32,322 nt of DNA, from IMG/VR virus record IMGVR_UViG_3300005758_000102, positions 1-32,322 of that record; one strand, given 5' to 3'. The first letter of the stretch is position 1, and each line of letters starts with the position of its first letter. Below, piece by piece: positions 1-9,896 of the stretch. The position numbers and the translations under genes were made by a program. The notes beneath the pieces are model-generated. The model searched no databases. It had not been told where the DNA came from and saw nothing but the letters and a program-made list of their open reading frames with translations. This DNA comes from a virus. Lineage: Duplodnaviria; Caudoviricetes.

Positions 1-15
1 TAATAAACAAAAAAA

Positions 16-987
16 ATGTCAACAATAGATTATTCACAATTTGAAACAAATACTGGCTATTGGAATGGGTCTAATCAATTTTATGCTCTGTATAAAGATT
101 ACTCTCCAATAGTTTCTTACATAACCGATTTAGATAAATCTAATCCAATTATTCATTTTTCATTCACGTTAAATGGAGATGATAATGATGGTCTTATATT
201 AGATGCGTCTGGTAAATTAAAAATCATACTTATGGACCAATTAAATCTTCCATTTGATCGTGCATATGTTGATTTTGGTTCATATCCAGATTATGTTGCT
301 ATTAAAAATAATAGCGGTGTTTGGCAAGAATATGGCAATCCAAATGGATTTATTCTTGCTTACACTTCTGGAGGGTTTTGGGCTATTGGACCTAAAAATT
401 ATGAATCACCTGGAATTATGTTTGTAGCAGATGCAACTTCTGGAACCAATATTTTAGATTTAACATGGATTCCTCTTTCATATCCATATATAAATTCAAT
501 TGGATTTGATATGACCCCAATATCAAACATCAAAGCAAGATGCCGTATAGATGATATTCCATCAGGATTTGATGGAATTAGATTTGATAATAATAATTAC
601 TCTTGGAATAAAAGAAGTATTTATTTTGAAACCATTCCAAGTGAACTTACTATTTCTGGATTGAATTCTAATTCGATTGTAAAAAGCATTACATTTAGTG
701 GAGGAGTAGATATGCAAGATCTTGGGCATGTTTCTTTTTATTGGAGCGGTGATAATCTATACAAAGGCCCACAAGAAGAAGTGAAAGCTCCTTTGCCATT
801 TGATTCTGCACAAATATTCGCCACTGGGATGACGGATACTATTGCTATTTATCCAGACGAACCAATGATTCACTATACAGTTATTGATGATCATACGATT
901 CAATTGGACACGTCCGCTGAAGATGTGGCCGCTTTAATTCCACCTCTTCGAAAATTATACGTTAATTTTAGCGGTATAACTCCATAA
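16..987 (+). CDS. Hypothetical 323-aa protein, aromatic/Gly/Asn/Ser-rich, probably beta-rich; possible virion accessory protein
   Basis: Long AT-rich ORF with A-rich leader, followed directly by a terminator; no family recognised. Confidence 0.75.
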   Translation: MSTIDYSQFETNTGYWNGSNQFYALYKDYSPIVSYITDLDKSNPIIHFSFTLNGDDNDGLILDASGKLKIILMDQLNLPFDRAYVDFGSYPDYVAIKNNSGVWQEYGNPNGFILAYTSGGFWAIGPKNYESPGIMFVADATSGTNILDLTWIPLSYPYINSIGFDMTPISNIKARCRIDDIPSGFDGIRFDNNNYSWNKRSIYFETIPSELTISGLNSNSIVKSITFSGGVDMQDLGHVSFYWSGDNLYKGPQEEVKAPLPFDSAQIFATGMTDTIAIYPDEPMIHYTVIDDHTIQLDTSAEDVAALIPPLRKLYVNFSGITP

Positions 988-990
988 ATT

Positions 991-1020
991 AGAAAGCCCG
1001 CCGAAAGGCGGGCTTTTTTA
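991..1020. terminator. Bidirectional rho-independent terminator
   Basis: AGAAAGCCCGCC-GAAA-GGCGGGCTTTTTT between convergent genes. Confidence 0.9.
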
Positions 1021-1500
1021 TTATCTCACTTTGTTATACATCTCTAGAGTTGATAAAAATGTCGTTTCAATTCCTCCCAATTGAAGAGGTTCAGATTGAT
1101 AAATGTTGTAGCGATGAGACAGTTCATTGATTTTCTTTTCACAGTCATCAGCCATAGATTTATAAACCTTAGCTACCTCATTTTTATTTGTAAATGATAC
1201 GGAACTATTTCCATCTTTAAGACTAAGAATATCAGCGCCATTTGTATTGCCAATAAGCCCCCTCAGAGCGCTTCTAGACTGTTTGCGGTAGTAATTGCCC
1301 ATATACATCTCTTTGTAGATTGCTTGGGCTTCTAGATTCAATGGAGCGTCAACTCCACTAAATGATTCATTTAATCTCGTATTCAACTGGCCAAGATTAT
1401 TATAAAGCCAAGCCTCAATATAAGACTGATACATTACGCCTGTATCGCCGTCAAACTCTGTCTGGAAAATTTTTAATGCTAAATCGCTAAGAACGCTCAT
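1021..1500 (-). CDS. Putative head-completion/head-tail adaptor protein
   Basis: 159 aa, downstream of capsid gene, late-promoter motif upstream; function inferred from synteny. Confidence 0.55.
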   Translation of the reverse strand: MSVLSDLALKIFQTEFDGDTGVMYQSYIEAWLYNNLGQLNTRLNESFSGVDAPLNLEAQAIYKEMYMGNYYRKQSRSALRGLIGNTNGADILSLKDGNSSVSFTNKNEVAKVYKSMADDCEKKINELSHRYNIYQSEPLQLGGIETTFLSTLEMYNKVR

Positions 1501-1504
1501 GTAA

Positions 1505-1514
1505 TATATTACAC
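1505..1514 (-). promoter_or_regulatory. Putative phage late promoter GTGTAATATA
   Basis: Motif ends 4 nt before the ATG at 1500; recurs before six other loci. Confidence 0.6.
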
Positions 1515-1958
1515 TTAATTATCGCCAAGGATTTTGATTAATTTCTGATGCTTGGGATTAGTTGGATCAGGAATAAAACTATTCACAGATGTCGGCATGA
1601 TATTGCGTCGGCTATTTTTAGTTTGATTTTGGAATTCTTTAAGCAAGATTTTCTTTAAGACTGCTCTTTCTTGAAAAGGATTTACTCCAACTTTTGTTGC
1701 CAATCTTTGCATGTCAGCATTAGACATTTCTTGAATATTTTCTTCAAAGATTTCTAATTCATTCGTGCCGAATGGGCTGATTTGAGATACACCCAAGATG
1801 ATTTCTAATTGTCTCATCTTCGAAATAAACTCTGGAGAAGAAACATCTCCCCTTTCTCTCATTTCTTGAATTTGCTGCAAAATCTGTTTTGGATTGTTAA
1901 TACTAGCAGCGGATTCTTCATTCTTTAATGCTCCATTTGTGGTTTCAAATTCTTCCAT
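1515..1958 (-). CDS. Hypothetical phage protein (147 aa)
   Basis: Clean ORF in the structural module. Confidence 0.8.
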   Translation of the reverse strand: MEEFETTNGALKNEESAASINNPKQILQQIQEMRERGDVSSPEFISKMRQLEIILGVSQISPFGTNELEIFEENIQEMSNADMQRLATKVGVNPFQERAVLKKILLKEFQNQTKNSRRNIMPTSVNSFIPDPTNPKHQKLIKILGDN

Positions 1959-1993
1959 AATTTAATTATACGATATAATGTCGTTTTTTAAAC

Positions 1994-2026
1994 AAAAAAA
2001 AGAGCCGCCCCTTTCGGAGCGGCCCT
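1994..2026 (-). terminator. Rho-independent terminator after the major capsid gene
   Basis: Minus strand AGGGCCGCTCC-GAAA-GGGGCGGCTCT-TTTTTTT. Confidence 0.9.
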
Positions 2027-2042
2027 AAATTTGAGGGGTTTA

Positions 2043-3185
2043 TCAAGCAAGTCCAGAGACAATCTTACCAACAAGGGCGCGAGTGTCAAGAACCATACGT
2101 CCTTCTTCCATGGAACCGAAGTAACCAATCTTGTTTTGACGCAAGCTGTATTGGTCATCAGCGGTAAGCGAGAACTCAGAACCATTCTCAGAATCAACTG
2201 CAACAGCGCGAACAAGAGAGTCGCGGCTACGGTCAAGACCGATGATGATTTCTTCGTTGGCTCCATCGAATACACCAGTGCTGGTGCCACCAACATTAGA
2301 GTAGCTAGTGGTTCCTGCAACAGCGTCGAAGACGGAGTTGAAGCGTTGACCACGGCCAAGTTCGTTGATTTCCATGATAGAAACACCATAGAATTCTGGG
2401 ATACCTGCGCTATTAAAGATAGAGGTTCTCATATCTTCTGGAACAGTGATGCCATTATTCAAGGTGCCACCAGCAGGAGCGCCCTTGGTATTGATTGGGT
2501 TGTAAGCCATTGAGCGAAGCTCTTGAACAACTTCTGGGGAAACAATAAGGTCGGTAAGACCACGGCCAGAACGAGACTCTGGAGTTCCACCAAGCCATGA
2601 GGTGTTGATTCTCTTAGCAAGAGTGAAGAGTTCGTTAAGGTCTGCAAGCAAGAAGCGACCATTGGTATTTGCACGCTGAACGTGCTTCTTACCATTTGTG
2701 GTAGCGTTTGCAAGGGAGCCCAAAAGAAGGTTAGCAGAAGTCTTCTCTTGCTTGAAGAGAATTTCTTGAGCTAAACGAGTAAAGGTCTTGCTAACAACGT
2801 CCATACGGCTCTTAGCAGCATAACGCTTGTCGAAGCTGAGTGCTGAGTCGAGTGTATAGGTGTGAATCTTCATTTCAGAAACAGTTGGAAGAACTTGGTT
2901 CTGTGGAAGACCACCCGCAGCGCTTTGGCTATAAACAGTGATATAGTCTTCTGCGGTTACGTCATAATAAAGATCAAGCGGAATACTTGGATTATCATCA
3001 GCGTTGAACTGAAGGCTGGTGAAAAGATTGCTCAAAGTTGGAGCATTATTGATCACTTCTGCCAAAACAGGACCGATGAAATCAGCAAGAGCAATTTGAG
3101 CTTCCATAGCAACATTCTTGTTCTTAGAAGCCATTGCCTTGATCAATTCGATTTGTTCAGGGGTTCTTTTTAAAGTAATTTTCAT
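2043..3185 (-). CDS. Major capsid protein (probably HK97 fold)
   Basis: 380 aa; order portal-protease-decoration-capsid; high-expression codon bias; DLIVSPE...LR and PEFYGVSI motifs; strong terminator downstream. Confidence 0.8.
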   Translation of the reverse strand: MKITLKRTPEQIELIKAMASKNKNVAMEAQIALADFIGPVLAEVINNAPTLSNLFTSLQFNADDNPSIPLDLYYDVTAEDYITVYSQSAAGGLPQNQVLPTVSEMKIHTYTLDSALSFDKRYAAKSRMDVVSKTFTRLAQEILFKQEKTSANLLLGSLANATTNGKKHVQRANTNGRFLLADLNELFTLAKRINTSWLGGTPESRSGRGLTDLIVSPEVVQELRSMAYNPINTKGAPAGGTLNNGITVPEDMRTSIFNSAGIPEFYGVSIMEINELGRGQRFNSVFDAVAGTTSYSNVGGTSTGVFDGANEEIIIGLDRSRDSLVRAVAVDSENGSEFSLTADDQYSLRQNKIGYFGSMEEGRMVLDTRALVGKIVSGLA

Positions 3186-3206
3186 ATAATTATTTTCGAG
3201 TTAGTA

Positions 3207-3842
3207 TTAGAGGCGAAGACCGATGATCGCGTAAGCGCCAGTAGTAGTTCCTGCGAACTGGTCAGCAATCGAGGTAGAAGATGTGCGAGAACCAGTTGCG
3301 ATAACGATAGCGATTTGGTTTGCGTCAGTAACTGCGCAACCAGTGAGCTTACCGCTAACGCCTGAAGGAAGCTTAAGACCAGATCCGATACCGATGGAAC
3401 CAACATAAGCAGCGTCAGTGATGGTAAAGATACCGCGAGCAGCAACAGGAACAGATTGTCCTGGAAGCATGCACATAAGTTCTTCTGCCTTTTGTGGGTA
3501 ATAAAGAAGCTTTTCACCGTTTTCGTCAACCTTTGCAGTTTGGCGAAGAGTCATGCCAAGAAGCGCGTCACCAGAGGTCGCTGGCTTCAAGCTAAGGCTA
3601 ACTCTTGGATACTGGTTAGATCCAACGAATGGATAGTCAACCTTACCAAGATAAGATGCATAAGCATTATCATAGGTAATGGTGTCAACATTAAGGTTTC
3701 CAGATTCAACGGTAACGAAAACGCCAGCGTCACCGTTTCCAGTGTCAGTTACAGCGTTGTTAACGTATCCAGTCCCGAGAGCGAACATGTTGATAACATC
3801 ATTGTCGCTATATTGTCTGAATGGTAGTGTTCTAAGTGCCAT
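3207..3842 (-). CDS. Head decoration/cement protein
   Basis: 211 aa, Gly/Ala/Thr-rich, between scaffold and capsid genes. Confidence 0.6.
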   Translation of the reverse strand: MALRTLPFRQYSDNDVINMFALGTGYVNNAVTDTGNGDAGVFVTVESGNLNVDTITYDNAYASYLGKVDYPFVGSNQYPRVSLSLKPATSGDALLGMTLRQTAKVDENGEKLLYYPQKAEELMCMLPGQSVPVAARGIFTITDAAYVGSIGIGSGLKLPSGVSGKLTGCAVTDANQIAIVIATGSRTSSTSIADQFAGTTTGAYAIIGLRL

Positions 3843-3866
3843 ATATTTGTTTATTTAGAGTTTTAT

Positions 3867-5444
3867 TTAGGAGATTAAAATGTTTTCGCGAGCGAATGCA
3901 TTTGCAAACTTTTCGCGTAAAGTTGGTTGTTCTCTTGAAGAGTCTTCGTTAGAATTAGGAAGCCCCTTGTCGGAAGCTTCTGCTTTGTCAAGAGCTTTTT
4001 CAGCAAGTTCCTTGTCAGTTTCTTGCTTGGTTTGTTCAGAAGCTTGAGAAATAGATGCTAGCTTCTTAGCAACTTCTTCATCAATTCTATCTTGGATTGA
4101 CTTATCTAAAGAAGCTTTAGCTTCCTTATTCTTGCCTCTCCACATAATTGCAAGCTTGCCTTGGTAAGATGCGAAAGCTTCTTCTGAATCGCCAAGGCTC
4201 TTGAGATCTTCTGCGAGAACCTTGCGATCTTCATCGTCAAGTTCATAAGCTTGATCAATAACTTCCATGCGAGAATTGAAACGAGCAACAGCTTCTTCTT
4301 GCTTCTTGAAATTTTCAAACTCAGTAATTTTTTGGGTAGCCTCAGTGAGTTTTGCTTCAAGATCAGAAACTGAAGCCTTAAGAGTTTCATGCTCTTGGGC
4401 AATTGCAGCTTTTTCATCTTCTGCCTTTGTAAGAGATGCGCGATATTCGACATCTTTTTGTTTAATTGCGTCAGCGAAAACGCTACTCATACTTGCAACA
4501 GCCTCTTCAGAGAATTTTTTCTCGATAAGAAGAGCTTGAACCTCAGAAAGAATTTTTTCTACATCCATAATAGTTTCTTTTTCGTGTTTTACATTAGCAG
4601 CAGCCAATTGTGAAATTGCTTCGCTTGTTTTTTTATTAAAATTTATTTTTTTAATGTCGAAATATGTTTTTTTATCTCTTTTGTCTTTTATTTCGACTTG
4701 ATTTTCGCTATCTTCTGAAACAAGACCTTTTACCTTTGCAGCAGGATTTGAAGTAAAACCAATTCCTAAAGGATAGATTTCTCCACTCAATAATCTGCGA
4801 ATACGAGTTCCATCTTTTAATTTGCCGCTTCCTCCATAGCTTTTTAAGCTAGACTTCATTTCTGCAAGATGCTTTGGATTGCTAATTATTTCTGCATCTT
4901 TTAGGTTTTCATTTCCAATAGCAATTTTATAATCACTAAATCCAACTTCCCAACTAGCCGAAATTTCATTATGCATTGAATCTTGAGGATCTAAAGATCT
5001 CATGATTAATTTTGTAAAATCTTTATTAGCGTATTTGTAAAGAACGGAACCTAGTGATAAATTAAAAGGCTCGTTCATCGATGCAATATCATCAATAGAT
5101 AATAAAGTATTTTCGTCATCGAATTTGCTAAATCCTGCATTTACAATGTGGCCTACTACTTTTGATTTATCATGCTCGATATTCGTAGGCTTATGTAAAA
5201 AGTTTTTGATTACTCTTGCCGCTGTAGCAGAGTCCATACCGTCGTCGTTTTTATTAAACATGTTAATAACGGCGGCATTATAAGCTAATCCAAGAAGATC
5301 TATATTTTCTTCAAAGTCAATTTCTTTTGGAATAAGCGGCTTTAAGTTATCAAGAGAAGCTTTAGATATAAAACTCTTCTCTCCAATTGAGCATAATTGG
5401 ATAGGGCAATCAAAATAAGTTTTATATGTAAAGTCTTTATGCAT
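3867..5444 (-). CDS. Prohead protease fused to coiled-coil scaffold
   Basis: N-half with NIEHDKSKVVGHI, SASWEVGF and GFTSNPAAKV protease-like motifs; C-half E/K/A-rich coiled coil. Confidence 0.75.
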   Translation of the reverse strand: MHKDFTYKTYFDCPIQLCSIGEKSFISKASLDNLKPLIPKEIDFEENIDLLGLAYNAAVINMFNKNDDGMDSATAARVIKNFLHKPTNIEHDKSKVVGHIVNAGFSKFDDENTLLSIDDIASMNEPFNLSLGSVLYKYANKDFTKLIMRSLDPQDSMHNEISASWEVGFSDYKIAIGNENLKDAEIISNPKHLAEMKSSLKSYGGSGKLKDGTRIRRLLSGEIYPLGIGFTSNPAAKVKGLVSEDSENQVEIKDKRDKKTYFDIKKINFNKKTSEAISQLAAANVKHEKETIMDVEKILSEVQALLIEKKFSEEAVASMSSVFADAIKQKDVEYRASLTKAEDEKAAIAQEHETLKASVSDLEAKLTEATQKITEFENFKKQEEAVARFNSRMEVIDQAYELDDEDRKVLAEDLKSLGDSEEAFASYQGKLAIMWRGKNKEAKASLDKSIQDRIDEEVAKKLASISQASEQTKQETDKELAEKALDKAEASDKGLPNSNEDSSREQPTLREKFANAFARENILIS

Positions 5445-5980
5445 TACTTCTTGGTTTTGTCAGTATAATCGTCTTTGGTAAGATTTTTGGTTTTTTGAGA
5501 AGAAGCTTTTGATTTGCAAACAGCGCAAGAGTCTTTTCCACAAGGCTCGCCATCTTCTCCATCTTCGCATTCGCCCATATCAGCCTTAGACTCTTCTTCT
5601 TGCATGTCTTCGGACTTTTCTTGAGTCTTAGTTTCAGATTTTTCGTGCTTGCCAGTTTCGCCTTTCTCTGGCTCTTTCTTAGCACCTTTTTTCTTCATTT
5701 TTTCCATGATAGCCTTCTGCACATTTGGCGGAAGTTTCTTTTGAGCAGGAGTTAATTCTGCCGATTCGCTAGTTTCCATAATAGCTGATTCATACTTAAC
5801 AAATTCGGCAATAGCTTCTTCGACTGTAGATTCTACAATAGAAGCATACGCAGAAACGAATTCTTGACATGCTAAAGAAGCTTCTGGATCTCTTTTAGAA
5901 AGAGATACTTCAACAACTCCATTTTTAACTTCCACTGTCTTTTGAAGTGGCACTTTTACATCATTAGGATTAATTTTCAT
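5444..5980 (-). CDS. Hypothetical charged protein (178 aa)
   Basis: Overlaps the portal stop and protease start; LTPAQKKLPP motif, K/E-rich tail, Cys cluster. Confidence 0.75.
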   Translation of the reverse strand: MKINPNDVKVPLQKTVEVKNGVVEVSLSKRDPEASLACQEFVSAYASIVESTVEEAIAEFVKYESAIMETSESAELTPAQKKLPPNVQKAIMEKMKKKGAKKEPEKGETGKHEKSETKTQEKSEDMQEEESKADMGECEDGEDGEPCGKDSCAVCKSKASSQKTKNLTKDDYTDKTKK

Positions 5981-7994
5981 TTATTTTTTGAGAATGGTAT
6001 AATAAAGCTGCGGAATAATCGTCCTCTAACTCATGTTCAGCCGCAATAGACAAAACTTCTGGCATAGTAGCCAATGAAGAAATTTCTTCAAAATTCTTTA
6101 CACAAGAATTGGCTGTTGCTTCCCAAGTTTTTATATCTTGTGAAACAACAATTGCTTCGCACAATTTGTCGATCATTTGAATCTGCTGATCATTGAATTT
6201 TTCTGTATTGAATTTTAGCTTCAATTCTTGTTCAATAGAACCTCTTGTCTCTTCAATTTTCTTAACAACTTGTTGAACGTTTTTGACGGAGAAATTAGCT
6301 TTCACAACGGGAATTCCTGTTGTTCCTTGCGGACGACCTGCAACTTTGTTAGTTTGATTGATTGCTGGCTTCGCAGCATTAGGATCTTTTGGAGGCGGAA
6401 TACTTGGAACTCCACCAACGATAGGGTTATAATATCCACTCTTTCTATTTTTGATGAATTCTTCTTGAGCAGGAGCAATTTCTTCTGATTTTGGGAATTC
6501 TCCAGTGTGGAACATGTCCATACCTTGTTGAGGAGTAAGAACGCCAAGTTCCATAAGTCGAGTTGTAACTCGCATAAGTTGAGTCTGATCTCTAATATCA
6601 ATATCTCTGAATCTAGCGATTGGATAATTTTTTAAACCAATAGCTTTTGCAATTCTTTTGATTTCTACTTGCAAGAAATCATTCAAGAATGCATTTCTAG
6701 ATTCTTTTAATCTATCTACAAAGATTTGGGCTTTAACTTCTGTCGCGCTATATTTTTCCTCGCCAATAACAATATTTTGAAGACCTTGCTTAATATCTTC
6801 ATTGAGAACTTTATATTTTTCCGATCCCAATACTTTGTTTAGATCGGGAATAACGAACTGAGCTTTTGTGGTATAATCAGAAACAAGAACGCGGCCAACA
6901 CTTTCATTCTTGAATAGTGTTTGCATTGCCTTCACATTGTTTTGATTGATACCTCCTTTGTCTGGTTCGGCACCCATAGTGATTAATAGAATAACGTTTT
7001 CAACGGTTCTAGTAATAGCATGATCCATTTTCTTTAATTCCATCTTGGTATTAATATCCTCTAATACTGGATAACCAAAAGGAACCGCAAACGGCTCGTA
7101 ATCTTGTTTTTTATAAAATGAGAAACATAGTTTTTCAGGATCGAGTTGAATCTTCAATCCATTCTTATAATAAGCTCCTCTTTCAATGTCATCTCTTACT
7201 TGCTTAGGAAGATTTCTGAAAATCTCTCTATCATCATCATTTGAAGGATTTTGCAAACGAGATAATTCATATTGAGAAAGAATTTTTTCGTATAAGCCAA
7301 CAGCAAAACTAGAGCTTCTTTTTGCTACTACATCAAAAGGGTTAAGCATAATATAACGAATTGGTATTTCATTTTTAGCTCCAGTGCCGCTACCAATTCT
7401 ATTGCTTAATTGAGCGAAATCATCAAGCTTAAATTTGCCATCAATACGGTAAAGAAAGATATTTCCGCTTCGATAATATTCTCTGAAATATTGATCTTTT
7501 ATATTCCAGATTTTAATTTTTTTAAACCATTCGTAAAAAAAGTCTCTGCTTTTTTGCGATCCTCCTTCAAGATAAATATCCGTATTAGCAAATTCAGACA
7601 TAATATCAATAGCATTTCTAAAAATAGCTACGTTAGCATAAGCTTTTTGACAAAGCTCGATAGCTTCTCGGACATTAACTCCGTCAACGGCAAAACTATA
7701 TGGCAAAAGACCGTTTCTAATACTTCCAAAACGATCTACAGTTCTTGATACTGCGGCCCTATTTTTTCTTGCGCCACTTCTTTCAATTGAACTATCAGTT
7801 CTAGAATAATCGCTGGCAGTCGAAACATTCACAGACGATTGTGAAACATAAAAAGGCTCGCCGCAAAGTTCTGGTTCACAAGAAGCAAGGCTTTCAAGTA
7901 GATTGATTGGTTTTGCCGCAATTGGTTGCTCTTGTTTTTCGAACTTAGTCCAATATTCCGATTTTTTATTATATTTACGCTTGCCAGATTCCAT
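5970..7994 (-). CDS. Portal protein
   Basis: 674 aa directly after TerL; AIFRNAIDIMSEFA, YYRSGNIFLY, PFAVPFGYPVLEDI and C-terminal AGRP features typical of portals. Confidence 0.8.
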   Translation of the reverse strand: MESGKRKYNKKSEYWTKFEKQEQPIAAKPINLLESLASCEPELCGEPFYVSQSSVNVSTASDYSRTDSSIERSGARKNRAAVSRTVDRFGSIRNGLLPYSFAVDGVNVREAIELCQKAYANVAIFRNAIDIMSEFANTDIYLEGGSQKSRDFFYEWFKKIKIWNIKDQYFREYYRSGNIFLYRIDGKFKLDDFAQLSNRIGSGTGAKNEIPIRYIMLNPFDVVAKRSSSFAVGLYEKILSQYELSRLQNPSNDDDREIFRNLPKQVRDDIERGAYYKNGLKIQLDPEKLCFSFYKKQDYEPFAVPFGYPVLEDINTKMELKKMDHAITRTVENVILLITMGAEPDKGGINQNNVKAMQTLFKNESVGRVLVSDYTTKAQFVIPDLNKVLGSEKYKVLNEDIKQGLQNIVIGEEKYSATEVKAQIFVDRLKESRNAFLNDFLQVEIKRIAKAIGLKNYPIARFRDIDIRDQTQLMRVTTRLMELGVLTPQQGMDMFHTGEFPKSEEIAPAQEEFIKNRKSGYYNPIVGGVPSIPPPKDPNAAKPAINQTNKVAGRPQGTTGIPVVKANFSVKNVQQVVKKIEETRGSIEQELKLKFNTEKFNDQQIQMIDKLCEAIVVSQDIKTWEATANSCVKNFEEISSLATMPEVLSIAAEHELEDDYSAALLYHSQKINEN

Positions 7995-7999
7995 TTATA

Positions 8000-8009
8000 T
8001 ATATTACAC
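8000..8009 (-). promoter_or_regulatory. Putative phage late promoter GTGTAATATA
   Basis: 5 nt upstream of the portal ATG. Confidence 0.6.
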
Positions 8010-8036
8010 AAAAAGTCCCAAAGTTAACTTTAAAAG

Positions 8037-9896
8037 TTAACAAACAAACATTGGAGTAAATGTAGAGGGCGCATCATTCACAGGAGCAGCCATCATGTCA
8101 TAATAAATATTCATCATCCAGTTGCCCAAAACAAGAGCAGAATAAGAGTCTTTTCTTGCTTTATCAGCATTTCTCTGTTTCTTTAAGTTTGGTGGAAGAT
8201 CAAATGTTTGAGTTCCATTAGCTGTAGATGAAACTTGAATCAAGGCGCATTGAACTTTAATCATATCAACCATATCTTTAATATGTTCGATAAAATCAAT
8301 CTGTTTGGCAGAAGCATCTTTTTCATCGTCTGATTTAGAGAATGTTATTTCTTCGATAGGTATTGACGCCATTTTTTGTCGAGTATAATCATCATCCAAT
8401 GCCGCTCCAGCAAACCAGATTTTTTTATGATCAAATGCTGCTTGTAACATTTCGTTTGCATATCGAATCCAATAAGAACTAGGTTTACGCAAAAAGGCTA
8501 TTTTTCTTGTTTCTAAATTATACTGATTACGAGCATCGCGTAATGCTGTAGCATATTCTTGTGGATTGTCAAAATCAGCATCAAAGCAATCAATTTTAAT
8601 ACCAGCTTTTTTAAATAACTCGCTCTCATTGCAAGAATTAAGAAATTGAACGCCGCCGTTATAGTCTCCAACGATACCTACAACATTGAAATGATTCAAT
8701 AGATAAAAGAAATAATGAATATGCTTTTTCAAATTCGCACCTGCCAAAGCATAAGAATGAACGATTGTCCCTGTTTGTTTTCCCTCGTTCAATTTAATCA
8801 CATGCATAGAGAAATCATCTGATCCATCGCTTTCAGACCAAGACGGGTCAAATGATATGATGTATTTGGCTTTAGGATCGCCTACGACCTGCACAGACTG
8901 CCCTTCACCGTCTGGTATAGTGCAAGCGGCCATCTTGCTCACTTTGAAGTATCCAGAGCTGTCGTCGGTGAATACAGAGCCGAATTCTCTTTCGAACTGA
9001 GCTTGGCTCATTGTTGCTTTTGACTGATCCAAAAGGTTTTGATCATACAATTGTTGTGGAGCGCAATCGTAACTTAAATGCATGATTACTCGATGAGCAT
9101 TGTCTTGTTTGTCAGGATGCATAATAAGATCTTCGTATTGCTTATAGAGCTTATAAAGATATTCGAATTTATAAGAAGCAGAAGAAAGACCAATAATTTT
9201 GTTATGGGGCCATTTATGCCTTTCTTCTTCCGTCATCTTGCCTTCTTCAATCATCTTAGTTTCAAGATCATAAATTTTTTGACGTTCGGTTGGATTTTCA
9301 ACAACTGCAAGGAACGGAAGAATAACTTCATTCACAATCTTTTCTGGCATAAGCAAAAGCTCGTCAATAATCATTCGTTGAAAACGAAAACCACGAAGTT
9401 TTTCACCGTCGCCTAATGGAAGAGCTATGATTTTGCTTCTGCCAATTTCCATAACCCACTGGTCATTGCTCTTTGATACTTTTGTTATACACTGAGCGAG
9501 AAATCCAGCTTTCGGACTCTTTGAAATTTCCTCGATCTTGTTGAAAATCATTCGACTCTGGCGAAAAGACTTAGAGATAATACCAATCTGAACTCCTTGA
9601 TTTAAAATAGCATCTAATGCCGCAAATACTCCTGTTGTGAATGATTTGGAAAGACCACGACTCCAGATTCCCAAGAAGTAATCAGTTTCCATCATAGCTT
9701 TAATAGCCATATGTTGGAATGGGAACAAACTAACGCCTGTCATCAATTCACAAGCGAAAGAAGGATTTTCTCGCAGGAATTTATAAAGCAATAATTTAGC
9801 CTTCTTCTCTTCTAAGAACCCTTTTGTTTCTAAGATTTCCTCATTGATATTTTTAAATTTTTTATGCAGTGTTTGATAACCAGTTTCCCAACTCAT
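8037..9896 (-). CDS. terL: Terminase large subunit
   Basis: LFPFQ adenine motif, SRGLSKS Walker A, LRGFR, MIIDE Walker B, FEREFG, SFDPS and KDSYSA RNase H-like nuclease acids. Confidence 0.9.
   Translation of the reverse strand: MSWETGYQTLHKKFKNINEEILETKGFLEEKKAKLLLYKFLRENPSFACELMTGVSLFPFQHMAIKAMMETDYFLGIWSRGLSKSFTTGVFAALDAILNQGVQIGIISKSFRQSRMIFNKIEEISKSPKAGFLAQCITKVSKSNDQWVMEIGRSKIIALPLGDGEKLRGFRFQRMIIDELLLMPEKIVNEVILPFLAVVENPTERQKIYDLETKMIEEGKMTEEERHKWPHNKIIGLSSASYKFEYLYKLYKQYEDLIMHPDKQDNAHRVIMHLSYDCAPQQLYDQNLLDQSKATMSQAQFEREFGSVFTDDSSGYFKVSKMAACTIPDGEGQSVQVVGDPKAKYIISFDPSWSESDGSDDFSMHVIKLNEGKQTGTIVHSYALAGANLKKHIHYFFYLLNHFNVVGIVGDYNGGVQFLNSCNESELFKKAGIKIDCFDADFDNPQEYATALRDARNQYNLETRKIAFLRKPSSYWIRYANEMLQAAFDHKKIWFAGAALDDDYTRQKMASIPIEEITFSKSDDEKDASAKQIDFIEHIKDMVDMIKVQCALIQVSSTANGTQTFDLPPNLKKQRNADKARKDSYSALVLGNWMMNIYYDMMAAPVNDAPSTFTPMFVC

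Noticed and set aside
1988-4613. Alternative-frame ORFs overlapping capsid, decoration and protease genes
   Set aside because: By-products of biased codon usage in the real genes
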